Below, one piece after another: positions 11,606 through 21,562 of a stretch of 64,000 nt of DNA. The position numbers and the translations under genes are program-made. The DNA is taken from the IMG/VR virus record IMGVR_UViG_3300042356_000546; one strand, 5' to 3'. Numbering within the stretch: position 1 is the first letter of the stretch; each line of letters begins with the position of its first letter. The stretch is from an uncultured virus (IMG/VR IMGVR_UViG_3300042356_000546) (Duplodnaviria; Heunggongvirae; Uroviricota; Caudoviricetes). Below the pieces are notes generated by a model. That model had not been told where the DNA came from, made no database searches, and worked only from the letters and a program-made list of their open reading frames with translations.

Positions 11606-12124
11606 ATGATTGATCTCTCAAACCTACCATCAGTAACCTTTGACCTAGGTAAGTGTCTGCATGCCAGTGAAATCAAGGGCATGATGAAAAAACTTGGCGT
11701 CAAGTACTATTGCTATGCTTTTATCTATAACAGCACCGTGATGAAATATGGACAAAGTGCCGACAATGATTGGATTCGTGGCAGTTTTGGTGAAAGAATA
11801 TACAGGCAAGCGTTTCAAATTCCAGGATGGCCTACCAGGCCCAGTGTGAAGAGTGCTGGCTGCGATATGCTTGATGTGATAAAGAACTTTCCAGGTATCA
11901 ATAAAAATAATGTGTGTATCAAGATTTGGGACATGACCAATTATCCACTCGCGGTACAAGATGATCCTAGACACGAAGTCACACAACTTGAAGACCAATT
12001 TTTGGATGCACACATCAAACAATATGGATCGTTGCCCTTGGGCAACCTGCGAGATGAAAGCCACATTAGACGTAAATCAAGAGTCACCGATCAGCATTTC
12101 AATTCAATTTTCGACAGCGAATAA
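11606..12124 (+). CDS. Hypothetical protein, possible GIY-YIG-like nuclease
   Basis: YCYAF...MKYGQS, downstream Arg and Glu, C-terminal LPLGN. Confidence 0.4.
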   Translation: MIDLSNLPSVTFDLGKCLHASEIKGMMKKLGVKYYCYAFIYNSTVMKYGQSADNDWIRGSFGERIYRQAFQIPGWPTRPSVKSAGCDMLDVIKNFPGINKNNVCIKIWDMTNYPLAVQDDPRHEVTQLEDQFLDAHIKQYGSLPLGNLRDESHIRRKSRVTDQHFNSIFDSE

Positions 12125-12186
12125 CAAATGACTTGACAAAGTCGAGAAATCACTGTATAATATATATTTACACACAGGAGCCGACC

Positions 12187-13506
12187 GTGAGAACACAGCC
12201 CGAAACAGTGATTCAACAACTTGAAGCTGACAACAGCCGTTTAAGCAAAGAACAGATTCTAGATATGGCAGCTAAAGAAGGACTCACAGAGTTCTTTGAA
12301 GGCTTGCGTATGGCACTAGATGGCTTATATACGTTTGGCGTCAAGCAAGTACCTATCAAAGAACAAGACGAAGGACAGGGTCTCAGTTGGGACAACTTCC
12401 TTGAACTAGCAGACAGTCTTTACCGTAGACGTCTTACAGGCCATGCAGCCAAAGATGCCATTGAGTTGGCAATGAATGTTGCCACCAAAGCACAATGGAA
12501 CGATTGGTACCGTCGCATTCTTATTAAGGACATGCGAGCAGGCTTTAGCGAAAAGACTGTGAACAAGGTACTAAAGATACATGAAGGCATTGCTCCTGTT
12601 CCTGTATTCGAAGTTATGTTGGCGCACGATGGTGCCAATCACGATAAGAAAATTACAGGCAAGAAACTACTCGAACCCAAATTAGACGGAGTTCGTGCTA
12701 TCACTGTAGTTGACTTTGAAAGTCGTACTGCCACAATGTACACACGCAATGGCAAAGTTCTAGATAACTTTGGACACATAACAGCCTATCTAGAAAAACA
12801 CATGGATGAGATTGGTCGTTCATATGTGTTAGACGGCGAAGTTGTCAGCAATTCATTCCAGGATCTCATGAAACAGGTCCATCGTAAATCAGATGTGCAG
12901 GCACAAGATGCACGTCTATGTTTGTTCGATGTTGTTCCACTTGTGGAGTTCAAAGCTGGCAAGAGTGTGATGGGACAGCGTCGACGTTCTAAGTTCCTCA
13001 AAGAGAATTTTAACAATCTGTTTGGTGATAGTGGGTGTATTGAAATCATTCCGCAGATTGAAGTTAACCTAGATGAGTTTCTGGGTGAGATCGAATACAA
13101 GGACTACAACAAGAAAATGGTTGCCGAAGGCTTCGAAGGCATTATGATCAAAGACCCAGAGGCAAAATATGAATGTAAGAGATCTGTTTCGTGGCTCAAA
13201 CAAAAGCCTTTCATTGAAGTTTCACTCACGGTCCGAGAAGTGGAAGAAGGTACTGGACGAAATGTTGGGCGTCTTGGTGCATTTGTCTGCGAGGGTGTGG
13301 ACGACGGTAAGTCGATTGCTGTCAATGTTGGCAGTGGTTTTAGTGATAGTGATCGTGGTTCTTATTGGGCGGAACGTGATACAGTGGTGGGGCAGGTAGT
13401 TGAAGTACGTGCCGATGCTGTCACACAGAATCAGGACGGTACATATAGTCTGCGCTTTCCTCGCTTCCTACGATTCCGTGGATTTATTGCAGGGGAGAAG
13501 ATCTAA
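12187..13506 (+). CDS. ATP-dependent DNA ligase
   Basis: EPKLDGVR (adenylated Lys), LDGEV, EGIMIK, WLKQK, SLRFPRF; GTG start after CAGGAG. Confidence 0.95.
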   Translation: MRTQPETVIQQLEADNSRLSKEQILDMAAKEGLTEFFEGLRMALDGLYTFGVKQVPIKEQDEGQGLSWDNFLELADSLYRRRLTGHAAKDAIELAMNVATKAQWNDWYRRILIKDMRAGFSEKTVNKVLKIHEGIAPVPVFEVMLAHDGANHDKKITGKKLLEPKLDGVRAITVVDFESRTATMYTRNGKVLDNFGHITAYLEKHMDEIGRSYVLDGEVVSNSFQDLMKQVHRKSDVQAQDARLCLFDVVPLVEFKAGKSVMGQRRRSKFLKENFNNLFGDSGCIEIIPQIEVNLDEFLGEIEYKDYNKKMVAEGFEGIMIKDPEAKYECKRSVSWLKQKPFIEVSLTVREVEEGTGRNVGRLGAFVCEGVDDGKSIAVNVGSGFSDSDRGSYWAERDTVVGQVVEVRADAVTQNQDGTYSLRFPRFLRFRGFIAGEKI

Positions 13507-13769
13507 TGAAAGAGATTCTAGAATTTATTAGTTGGCAATGGCGCAAATGGGAAATCTGGCAAAAAGGCTACATTATTGGTGCTTTCTTTCTAGGTGCTGG
13601 TGTTGTTGCACCTAGGCCCTATGACATCTATCTATTTGCTATTCCTATGATTATACTGTTCCTTTGGTGCAGTAAATGGATGGTATGGGATCAGCTCAAA
13701 GACAGTTGGACCAAATACAAAACAGAAAAACAAGAACTCTTTACCACAATCAAGGACAGCCACAAATGA
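13506..13769 (+). CDS. Small membrane protein
   Basis: Two hydrophobic segments; abuts the ligase stop. Confidence 0.6.
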   Translation: MKEILEFISWQWRKWEIWQKGYIIGAFFLGAGVVAPRPYDIYLFAIPMIILFLWCSKWMVWDQLKDSWTKYKTEKQELFTTIKDSHK

Positions 13770-14434
13770 ATATCAAATTTTACTCAGATGATCCTGCGGT
13801 TGTAGAGTTTTTTCCTGTACAGCCGGCCAACAAGGTAGTACCAGAATGGTACAGAGATCTAGATCTCTGGAAGAAGAATCAGTTTCCCGGTAAAGGGATG
13901 CCTACCATAAAACACTGCATGCCTGTGCAAGACATGATTATGTCTGGATATATTATTTTCAACACCTATGAACTAATTTTACATCCAGAGAAAAAAGGCA
14001 GGCATGAAGATTTCAAAGTCAGTGTGCCACATGTACCTTATATAGGCGGACATAATCATGAGCAGTGTCCTGTAGCTTTAGAAGGCACCTCCAAACAGTA
14101 TTTCAAAATTGCTCAACCGTGGCTGATTCGAACTCCACCTGGATACAGTTGTTTGATTGTACAACCGTTTTATCAGTTTGAAGAACGCTTTCAATTGTTC
14201 CCGGCCATTGTTGATACAGACACACATGACTTGTCTACCGAGCTTCCCGGATATCTTACCAGCGACAAAGAAGTTAAAATCAACCCCGGCGATCCGCTGG
14301 TACAGGTGATTCCTTTCAAACGAGATTCATGGGAAATGAGCTGTGAATTCCAAGCAAAAAAACGCAGTAAGCTAGAATTTTTCTTGGGTGGTGCGTACCG
14401 TAAGATATTTCACAACAAGAAAGAGTTTAAATAA
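13766..14434 (+). CDS. Conserved phage protein (beta-rich, CMP...TPPGYS...IVDTD family)
   Basis: TIKHCMPVQD, PWLIRTPPGYS, GDPLVQVIPFKR. Confidence 0.6.
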   Translation: MNIKFYSDDPAVVEFFPVQPANKVVPEWYRDLDLWKKNQFPGKGMPTIKHCMPVQDMIMSGYIIFNTYELILHPEKKGRHEDFKVSVPHVPYIGGHNHEQCPVALEGTSKQYFKIAQPWLIRTPPGYSCLIVQPFYQFEERFQLFPAIVDTDTHDLSTELPGYLTSDKEVKINPGDPLVQVIPFKRDSWEMSCEFQAKKRSKLEFFLGGAYRKIFHNKKEFK

Positions 14435-14688
14435 TGAGCTATGATTTCACAGAGTTAAACAAGATAGTGTCTACCTGGGTTCAAGATGATGCCATAACAA
14501 GATACAACTTTCACGAACCCAAGTCCAACAACATTGTGTGTAATGTAGGCGCAACAGAAATGTTGAGAGTGGCTGAAGATGGATTTTATGTTCGCGGTGT
14601 TCGAGTAGAAGCCGACGATCGAGAAGCGGCCACAGTTTATGAAGCCTTCAAAGAGTTCCTAGTGTGGGGCAGATTGAGCAGAGAATGA
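14434..14688 (+). CDS. Hypothetical protein
   Basis: Tightly packed in the operon. Confidence 0.55.
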   Translation: MSYDFTELNKIVSTWVQDDAITRYNFHEPKSNNIVCNVGATEMLRVAEDGFYVRGVRVEADDREAATVYEAFKEFLVWGRLSRE

Positions 14689-15002
14689 AAACCGATCCCA
14701 ACAAATTTTGGACAGTGCTCAAAGGTGCAGAACACTACTGCCATAAACTAGCCGAAGAGATGCAGGCCGTGCATGGTAGACAGCAGAAGTTTCATCGTAA
14801 GGTAGATCAATCAATTTATTTTATTATGGAGAATTTTGCAGATCAAGAAGTAGTCAACTGCATGCATACTTGGTTAAAGATATATGGCCTGCCTATAGAT
14901 CCAAATCGATTGGCATCATATGATGACTTTCATGCCAAATACGGTGTAGGACTAATACTTGGCGACAATGATAGTTTGTTAAAAAATATAAAACCCTATT
15001 GA
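14685..15002 (+). CDS. Hypothetical protein
   Basis: ATGA overlap with the previous gene. Confidence 0.55.
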   Translation: MKTDPNKFWTVLKGAEHYCHKLAEEMQAVHGRQQKFHRKVDQSIYFIMENFADQEVVNCMHTWLKIYGLPIDPNRLASYDDFHAKYGVGLILGDNDSLLKNIKPY

Positions 15003-15055
15003 CTTTTTTCTAATAAGACTGTATAATATACATATAGCAACAAAGAAAGGCTGAT

Positions 15056-15391
15056 ATGAGTGGTTGGAATACAATTCAAAGAATCAAACGCATTGAAGAA
15101 GCTATAGACAAACTTGGCTTCAAGTTCAGCAAGAGCAAACACAGCGATTGGACAGAGGATCACGGTGCTCTCAGTCTTGTACCAAAGGATCACGATGCAT
15201 TACCAATTTATAATCGTGATGCTGAACTGTTCGTGGGCAGTCTTGAACGACTAGAAGATTGGTTGGCAGGAGTACGCTGGGCACGTGATTACGATGCAAT
15301 GTTGCGTGTCAGCGATGATGTTAAACGTGCTCGTAAAGAGCAAGACGTGCGTAATAGAAGTCTATTAACAAAAATTAAGGAATCAAAATGA
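15056..15391 (+). CDS. Hypothetical protein
   Basis: Promoter TTGACT-17-TATAAT at 14999 and AAGG RBS. Confidence 0.65.
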   Translation: MSGWNTIQRIKRIEEAIDKLGFKFSKSKHSDWTEDHGALSLVPKDHDALPIYNRDAELFVGSLERLEDWLAGVRWARDYDAMLRVSDDVKRARKEQDVRNRSLLTKIKESK

Positions 15392-15948
15392 TCACAATGA
15401 AAGAATGGATGGAACTGGTCGACTACAAGATTACTGAAGGTAGTGATTACACGTGGTCCTGTTATGGCCCTAATGCCTATACATTAGACTCATGGAACGG
15501 TGTTCACGGCGCAGGTGGATACAGTTTTAGCATTGTGTTTAGTACCAAAAGCCAAAAGGTCTATGAAGTCAGCATGTGCGATTACACCAATGACCGTGCT
15601 TATCGCATGATCAATCCTAAAAATGTTGAAAAACATCACAAGGAAGCCCAGCATAGAAGTGTGCTTGAAAATCAAGCATGGGATGATGTCGACTATGTAG
15701 ATCTTGATGTTGTTGATGACTTCATTCAAAAGGCTCTGGCTATCAAGGCCGGTGAACCCTATGATACTCGAGTGTTGGTACCTATAGACTTCACAGAAGA
15801 AGAACTCCTAACCTATATGAAGATAGCACATGAACGTGACATCACATTCAATCAATTGATTGAAGACGCTCTTCGAGAAGCTATTGCCAAGCATACACCA
15901 GAGCTCAATGCTTGGCCCTTTGATAACGAGGAAGAGTCGATTAAATAA
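15388..15948 (+). CDS. Hypothetical protein, C-terminus resembling a ribbon-helix-helix domain
   Basis: ATGA overlap; ...AHERDITFNQLIEDAL. Confidence 0.6.
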   Translation: MITMKEWMELVDYKITEGSDYTWSCYGPNAYTLDSWNGVHGAGGYSFSIVFSTKSQKVYEVSMCDYTNDRAYRMINPKNVEKHHKEAQHRSVLENQAWDDVDYVDLDVVDDFIQKALAIKAGEPYDTRVLVPIDFTEEELLTYMKIAHERDITFNQLIEDALREAIAKHTPELNAWPFDNEEESIK

Positions 15949-15951
15949 TCG

Positions 15952-16722
15952 ATGAAACTGTTAGTTGTCTTGTTATTGCTGATCAACACAGCCTGGGCTC
16001 GTAATGAGCCCAGTGTGCTTTTGTATGATAACACCACAAACACAGTTTTGCTTGCAGAGCATACACAACAGGTAAGGCCTATGGCCAGTATTACCAAGGT
16101 AATGACGGCCATGACCTATCTAGACCTAGGACAGGATCTAGAAGCCAAGATAGAAATATATCGAGGTGTTAGTGGTGTACTGTTAAAGAAACAGCATTAT
16201 ACCCGTAGAGAGCTATTGATCGCCATGTTGGTTCGCTCAGACAACTCTGCTGCCGAAACACTGGCCCGTGATCATCCCAATGGTAGACATGCCTTTATGA
16301 CTGCCATGAATGCCAAGGCACAACAGTTGGGCATGGCCTACAGCCATTTCGATGATCCCAGTGGCCTTAGCCAAAAGAATGTGGGCACAGTCTTGGACAT
16401 CATGCACATGCTCAAGGCTGCAACTACTATAGACTTTATTCGTCAGACTAGTATTATTCAAAAGACTGAAATTGCTGTCAAGGATCGCAAGAAGCCTGTT
16501 AAGATTATCATTCAGAATACCAATATAGGCCTGCTGGAAGAGTTTAATACCATTGTACTCAGCAAGACAGGGCTAACTAACCCTGCAGGATGGTGTGTGA
16601 GTCTAGTGTTGGAAGAACGTCATAGGCAGTTCATATTGGTTGTGCTGGGTGCTCCCAGCAAGGATGCTAGAAAGAAAATAGTGGAACGTGTGGTGTTTTC
16701 AAATCTTCGTGAGTTGAATTGA
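15952..16722 (+). CDS. D-Ala-D-Ala carboxy/endopeptidase (peptidase S11, PBP7-like), secreted
   Basis: Signal peptide; SxxK (ASITK), SxN (SDN) and KTG motifs. Confidence 0.88.
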   Translation: MKLLVVLLLLINTAWARNEPSVLLYDNTTNTVLLAEHTQQVRPMASITKVMTAMTYLDLGQDLEAKIEIYRGVSGVLLKKQHYTRRELLIAMLVRSDNSAAETLARDHPNGRHAFMTAMNAKAQQLGMAYSHFDDPSGLSQKNVGTVLDIMHMLKAATTIDFIRQTSIIQKTEIAVKDRKKPVKIIIQNTNIGLLEEFNTIVLSKTGLTNPAGWCVSLVLEERHRQFILVVLGAPSKDARKKIVERVVFSNLRELN

Positions 16723-17616
16723 TTTAGTGGCCAGTATGTCAAAGCTGTTTCTGCATATGTCTAACTTGCAAGTTCTAGGGTGGGTGGGCCAAACTATGTT
16801 ATGCTCTTTGATATTGCCCATGAATCCGCCTTGTCTACAGTGCCCTCTATAGACTCTGCCCCAAGCATCTACCACTATCTGTTCCATGCCAGCCCAGCAG
16901 TCATAGTCTTTGAACACATTACTGCCCTCTAACACCATGGTCTGATAGTCAGTGTATTCAATCTTGTTACCTTGTGTGATCTTGATGTCACCGTGCTGTC
17001 TTTTCAATTCCATGGTCTGGTTGGTGGTATAGCGTTGTGGGGTGGTATTGAACACAGGGTCTTCAAACAACATGCGTTTGTTCATGCGTATCTGTGGCCA
17101 TTTGGTGTATATGCGATCATACAACTGCTGGCTGCTGGCCCACGTGTCTTTGAGCATGTTTAGGTTCACAGTCACAGCCACCCCTGCGTCCACTGCCGCA
17201 GCCACAGCCAATAAAAAGTGCGCACTGGTAGTATGCTCAGGGTGATGCTCAATCAACACACTGTGGGTCACAGCCATGTATTCATGCCAAAGATCAATGC
17301 TCACATTGGCATTGGTTCTAAACTGTGTTTCGCATCCTTGACCATGAGCGTGGGCCAACAGCTCTAGAAAGTCAGTCCATTCTGTTACTTCACCCCCTGT
17401 AAACTCTATGCTGGCAGTTTTGCCTTGATTGGTAGCATAGGCCACTGTGCTGTCTATGAACTGTTTGCAGTCGTTGAGATAGGGTAGATCAATGTTGCCC
17501 TTGCGTATAATTTCATTGCAATAGCTGCAGGCCCATGTGCAGTGATTCATCAACCACCAATTTACATAAAATTTACTCCCAGCCCTCGTGCTTTGAACCA
17601 GCCTTACACCATCCAT
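16699..17616 (-). CDS. Radical SAM protein with C-terminal SPASM/twitch-like cysteines
   Basis: CTWACSYC, FTGGE, CWAG...GHC...C. Confidence 0.85.
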   Translation of the reverse strand: MDGVRLVQSTRAGSKFYVNWWLMNHCTWACSYCNEIIRKGNIDLPYLNDCKQFIDSTVAYATNQGKTASIEFTGGEVTEWTDFLELLAHAHGQGCETQFRTNANVSIDLWHEYMAVTHSVLIEHHPEHTTSAHFLLAVAAAVDAGVAVTVNLNMLKDTWASSQQLYDRIYTKWPQIRMNKRMLFEDPVFNTTPQRYTTNQTMELKRQHGDIKITQGNKIEYTDYQTMVLEGSNVFKDYDCWAGMEQIVVDAWGRVYRGHCRQGGFMGNIKEHNIVWPTHPRTCKLDICRNSFDILATKSIQLTKI

Positions 17617-18161
17617 GAATCCACAGCCTGTTGCCCGCATAGACTGCAACTGCTGCTCCATAGCTGTTCTGCATCTAGATCAAACAGCCAATTGGGATCG
17701 GGCCGCTTCACACACAGCCAACTGCTGCGGTGGCTCCAGGGTTCTTGACCCTCTATCTCAGCATCTAGTTGTCCTGCATCCCAACTGGCATGGCCTATCA
17801 TGATACGGAATCTATTGGGCCATACCCCCTTGCTGAGATGATGGAACATTTCTTCATGGCTGGTAATGCTCCATTGATCATTGATACGCATGGTGTTGTT
17901 CACTGACCAATCACTGTCATGCAACATCCACACAGTGCTGAGGCTCACTGGGCCACCCCAATACAGAGGGTGATCTATTTTAAACTTCAGCCCCAGGGGC
18001 TCCACTATGGTGTTGAGGGTGTGTTCTGTGGGCCTGTTCATGCACAGGGCATAGGCCCCACGTGAGTTGTAATGTGTGAGAAACATCACAGATTGGTTAA
18101 ATCTTGGATCTGGCATGCTCGGGGGTGCAATCAATAGATCCCCGGTCTTGACTTCGACCAT
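17604..18161 (-). CDS. YqgE/AlgH (DUF179) family protein
   Basis: LLIAPPSMPDPRF, MNRP, YWGGPV, GHASWDAGQLDAEI. Confidence 0.88.
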   Translation of the reverse strand: MVEVKTGDLLIAPPSMPDPRFNQSVMFLTHYNSRGAYALCMNRPTEHTLNTIVEPLGLKFKIDHPLYWGGPVSLSTVWMLHDSDWSVNNTMRINDQWSITSHEEMFHHLSKGVWPNRFRIMIGHASWDAGQLDAEIEGQEPWSHRSSWLCVKRPDPNWLFDLDAEQLWSSSCSLCGQQAVDSWMV

Positions 18162-18164
18162 GTG

Positions 18165-18695
18165 TTAACTCCAGTCTGGTAAGGGGCCGCCGTACTTCTT
18201 GCCCTTGATCTTTTTGCCTTTTACAGTGGTGCGCTCGTTGCCAATCTTGTGGCTTTTATCACCGTGTCGACCACGATAGCCCTGGCTCTTGCATGATGCC
18301 AATTGACTGGCACCCAAAGCGTTGTTGGGTTTGCCGCTGGTACATAATGCTCTCGATGCAGGCTCCTCATCTAGGTCTGAGTCTAGGGCTTCATCTAGGT
18401 CACCCTCGATGACATCATCTGTTGATGCCCCTGAACCGTTGAACATGAGATCGTCATTGATGGGAAAGTCTAGATCCATAAAGCGTTCTGGCAGTTGACT
18501 ACTTGAAATGATGTAGTCCAGTTCCTCTTGAGTGGGGTGTACCTTGAGTAGTACCTTGGCAGCTTCGTCGTGTGCTTCGGCATTTTCCCACACATTGATG
18601 TCATAGTGGTTCTTGTACAATTCAGCTACCGCTTGCATGACCTTGTGATAGTCTGTGGTGAATATGTTTTCAGTGAGGATTTCGTTGATACGCAT
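18165..18695 (-). CDS. Probable virion (head-internal) protein
   Basis: MRINEILTE N-terminus, acidic middle, basic C-terminus. Confidence 0.55.
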   Translation of the reverse strand: MRINEILTENIFTTDYHKVMQAVAELYKNHYDINVWENAEAHDEAAKVLLKVHPTQEELDYIISSSQLPERFMDLDFPINDDLMFNGSGASTDDVIEGDLDEALDSDLDEEPASRALCTSGKPNNALGASQLASCKSQGYRGRHGDKSHKIGNERTTVKGKKIKGKKYGGPLPDWS

Positions 18696-18699
18696 ATGA

Positions 18700-18936
18700 T
18701 TATCTCAGTTGGGCCACAGCATACACAGCCATGACCAGTGCGGTTTTTAGTTCTAGGTCTTGACATTCTCTATCCAGGGTGTCCATACGGGCCACATCTC
18801 TGCAGAGTTCTTGATATTCCTCGGCTGTGATCTGATTGGTGTTTACTGCCTGGGTGAGCTCAAGCACATAACGAGCCCTAGCTGAAATGGCTAGGTCTTG
18901 ATGTTCTGTTAGCGTTCTTAGCGTTTCAATTGACAT
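18700..18936 (-). CDS. Hypothetical protein
   Basis: Coupled to the lipoprotein gene. Confidence 0.55.
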   Translation of the reverse strand: MSIETLRTLTEHQDLAISARARYVLELTQAVNTNQITAEEYQELCRDVARMDTLDRECQDLELKTALVMAVYAVAQLR

Positions 18937-19325
18937 TAGAATCTTCCTAGAATTACACCAGCAGCCCTAGCTGCCTGTTCTTGCATGGCTCGTTTCTTTA
19001 GATCACAATAGACCCTGCTGGCATCCTGTTTCTCTGTACGAGTCACAAACTCACCCACTGTGGCCTGCATGGGCTTGATCACACGTATAACATCTTGATT
19101 GCGTATGCCCGCTGATTCTGAATAGAGTTCAAACCAACGTAGTTCACGCTGTATGGTTAGAGCCTGGGGGTGTTGTGCTCGCGCACAATCAAGTGAGTCC
19201 ACTGCCATGCGTACATCCACAATCTTGGCTGACTGATTGACGTCGTTAAAACTGGGTATCCAGCTGATAACGGAAGCACAACCCGATAGCATGACTAGAG
19301 ATAAAATTGCAAAGAGTTTGTTCAT
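18936..19325 (-). CDS. Lipoprotein
   Basis: MNKLFAILSLVMLSGC lipobox. Confidence 0.7.
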   Translation of the reverse strand: MNKLFAILSLVMLSGCASVISWIPSFNDVNQSAKIVDVRMAVDSLDCARAQHPQALTIQRELRWFELYSESAGIRNQDVIRVIKPMQATVGEFVTRTEKQDASRVYCDLKKRAMQEQAARAAGVILGRF

Positions 19326-19392
19326 GTTAATATTTACCAATCACTGTTCAAAGTACTGTTTGTGTAGATATTCAGCAAAATTTGCAGTTGAG

Positions 19393-20007
19393 TCATAGAT
19401 AGTGTAGATAAGTTGACAGTATGTATTTGGTGGTATCACCTTTGGGTTCCAGGCCTGCGTGTGGGTGTGTCCATAAAGGTGGAAATAAGACCACACGACC
19501 CTCTTGAGCTTGAACAGTGTATGAGTCCCGTGCAAAATGAGTGCCTGCATCTGAGTCATTGAGATAGAGCAAAAAGCTGAGAAAACGGCTGCTGCTGGCA
19601 CGATTGGCCACATCCACGTGTGTGCGAAATTGATCACCTGAGTGGGGTCTATAGCATTTGATTCGCATGCCTTCCATGCTGTAATCTTGGGGCAAAAATG
19701 ATATGCCCTGCCAAGTACCCCATGTTTGACCATACTGTTCTGCCAAGACCCGCAGACGCAGAGCCAGAGGTTCCAAGACTTCGGGCCATACAGTATCCTG
19801 TTCTGCTCGAAGCCTGTGCAAGGGATTACGACTGGTCATGTTATCGGGTGCTGTCAAAGCCAATTCTGTCAGTGAGACCCACTCACTGTCTCGACGTGTG
19901 TGCTGAGCATAACATGCTTCAAACAAGGTGCATAAACGAGCACAGTGATCAGCGGATAACACATGATCAATGACTCTGACGTAGTTGTGATCGTGAACAA
20001 TTTGCAT
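19393..20007 (-). CDS. 2OG-Fe(II) oxygenase (prolyl-4-hydroxylase-like)
   Basis: HVD, LLYLND, FPPLWTHPHAG, KYILSTY. Confidence 0.85.
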   Translation of the reverse strand: MQIVHDHNYVRVIDHVLSADHCARLCTLFEACYAQHTRRDSEWVSLTELALTAPDNMTSRNPLHRLRAEQDTVWPEVLEPLALRLRVLAEQYGQTWGTWQGISFLPQDYSMEGMRIKCYRPHSGDQFRTHVDVANRASSSRFLSFLLYLNDSDAGTHFARDSYTVQAQEGRVVLFPPLWTHPHAGLEPKGDTTKYILSTYLHYL

Positions 20008-20112
20008 GAGATATTTATAGTGCTATTTGGACACAGTGATAATTCATGGCAGCTCGAAGAGCTGCGGAGCAGCGCAAAATTTGCAAGGTTATCTAGAACC
20101 ATAAATACTCAC

Positions 20113-20313
20113 ATGCAGATCGAACCCATAACAACCACAGCCATAGCCACCACCCAAAGTGTGCAGAACAATCGCATTGAAACTGTGCGTAGACAGTATG
20201 TGGATAATGGTGGCCGTGTGGAAGTTAGAGAAACTTACTATTACTACATGATATACGATTCCAAGGCCAAGATTCAAGAACCTGCAGCCAACACCGTAGA
20301 TCTACGTGTATAG
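20113..20313 (+). CDS. Small hypothetical protein
   Basis: ATAAATA motif just upstream of ATG 20113. Confidence 0.5.
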   Translation: MQIEPITTTAIATTQSVQNNRIETVRRQYVDNGGRVEVRETYYYYMIYDSKAKIQEPAANTVDLRV

Positions 20314-20532
20314 ATCCTTTTGATACTGGCGCCGTAATTGGGGGAACGCTAGTACCAGAATGGAAGCATACTCGCGATCAATGTAGTAGTCATATTGCCC
20401 TCCATTCAGATAGCTCACTGAACCACCATGTCGTTGTACTAGTTCCCAAATGGCCTCGGGATCGTAATCAATAAAATAGGGCAACTGATAACAGAATATG
20501 TCGGGTTCTGAAATGGCATCTGTATACTGCAT
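20302..20532 (-). CDS. Hypothetical protein
   Basis: ORF track; plausible composition. Confidence 0.5.
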   Translation of the reverse strand: MQYTDAISEPDIFCYQLPYFIDYDPEAIWELVQRHGGSVSYLNGGQYDYYIDREYASILVLAFPQLRRQYQKDLYT

Positions 20533-20533
20533 G

Positions 20534-20707
20534 TTACAGTAGACTCAATAGGCAAGCAGTCTTTTCATCGCAGTCAACTATGACTATATAATGATCCAGT
20601 AGATCGTCATAGAGTAGATGTATAATACGTGCTATGTTGTATCTGGCTAATACATAGTCATGACACTGCTCCAATTGAGTTAGAGAGTAATCAAAGGTGT
20701 ATAACAT
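20534..20707 (-). CDS. Small hypothetical protein (57 aa)
   Basis: Hand-translated MLYTFDYSLTQLEQCHDYVLARYNIARIIHLLYDDLLDHYIVIVDCDEKTACLLSLL*. Confidence 0.4.
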   Translation of the reverse strand: MLYTFDYSLTQLEQCHDYVLARYNIARIIHLLYDDLLDHYIVIVDCDEKTACLLSLL

Positions 20708-20764
20708 ACCAAATGGTTACCAGTGTAATAGCTGCTATGAGTGAGTATAGTTTATGATCCATAG

Positions 20765-21460
20765 AGTATTTAACTGTGTGTAACAGATTGGGTAAAGGCC
20801 CCGCTGCTGGATATCAAGTCGTGTATACGTATATGCGTATGTATAAGTGTGTAGAGTGGCTAGGGTCAAGAAGCCTGCGGCAGCTCTAGAGAATTATAGA
20901 ATGAACAGTAAATGCAAAAAAGTGTGATTTACTGATCGGTTGGTGGGGGTGATCATGCATATAGGCCCCGCTGTGTGGGGTATGGTTATCTAATGTGTGT
21001 GATAAAGTGCAATAAAGTGTTGAATTGTGTGAATTTTTTGCATGCCTCATAAGCCATAGACCTGGCCGTGCTCAAACTCTTGTAAATTGCAGCCAAACCC
21101 TACTCAAACGACTCATCTACAGTAGTTTTCACTGTCTAGAATAGGTGCTGCCAGTATTTATCCACTCTAGAATCACGGTGATCTGCTGCAACCAATCCCT
21201 GTACAGTGCCAACCGTAGACCCACAATAGGCCCCGCTGCTGGATTGTGCGTATACAGTGTATATGTATACGTATATGCCTACACTTAAATATAGTATGCA
21301 TGAAGTCCCAGAAGGCGTACTACTGTTATATACAGCTAACTCTAGACCCTACACTATTAGACTATACTCGACTACGGTACGGGAGTTCCAACCTGATCCC
21401 CTATTGCATCCAAAACCTCGGGCTTTTCAGCCATTGGCCCCGCTGCTCAATGAGCCATTT
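20765..21460. repeat. Repeat-rich non-coding region, candidate origin or terminus
   Basis: GGCCCCGCTG at 20797, 20964, 21229, 21436; AGGCCCCGCTGCTGGAT and TGTATACGTATATGC each duplicated; lies at the switch in gene orientation. Confidence 0.6.
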
Positions 21461-21562
21461 CAGGTTGACAAGAACGTGTAACGATCATATAATATATACA
21501 TGCTGAAGAAAAGACTGCTATCTAGAAGCAGAGATCCTGTGCAACTATCAAACGCAACTATT

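Noticed and set aside
21246..21506. Track ORFs 21246-21506 and 21257-21481
   Set aside because: They lie over the repeat motifs, lack an RBS and show no recognisable protein features; treated as non-coding.
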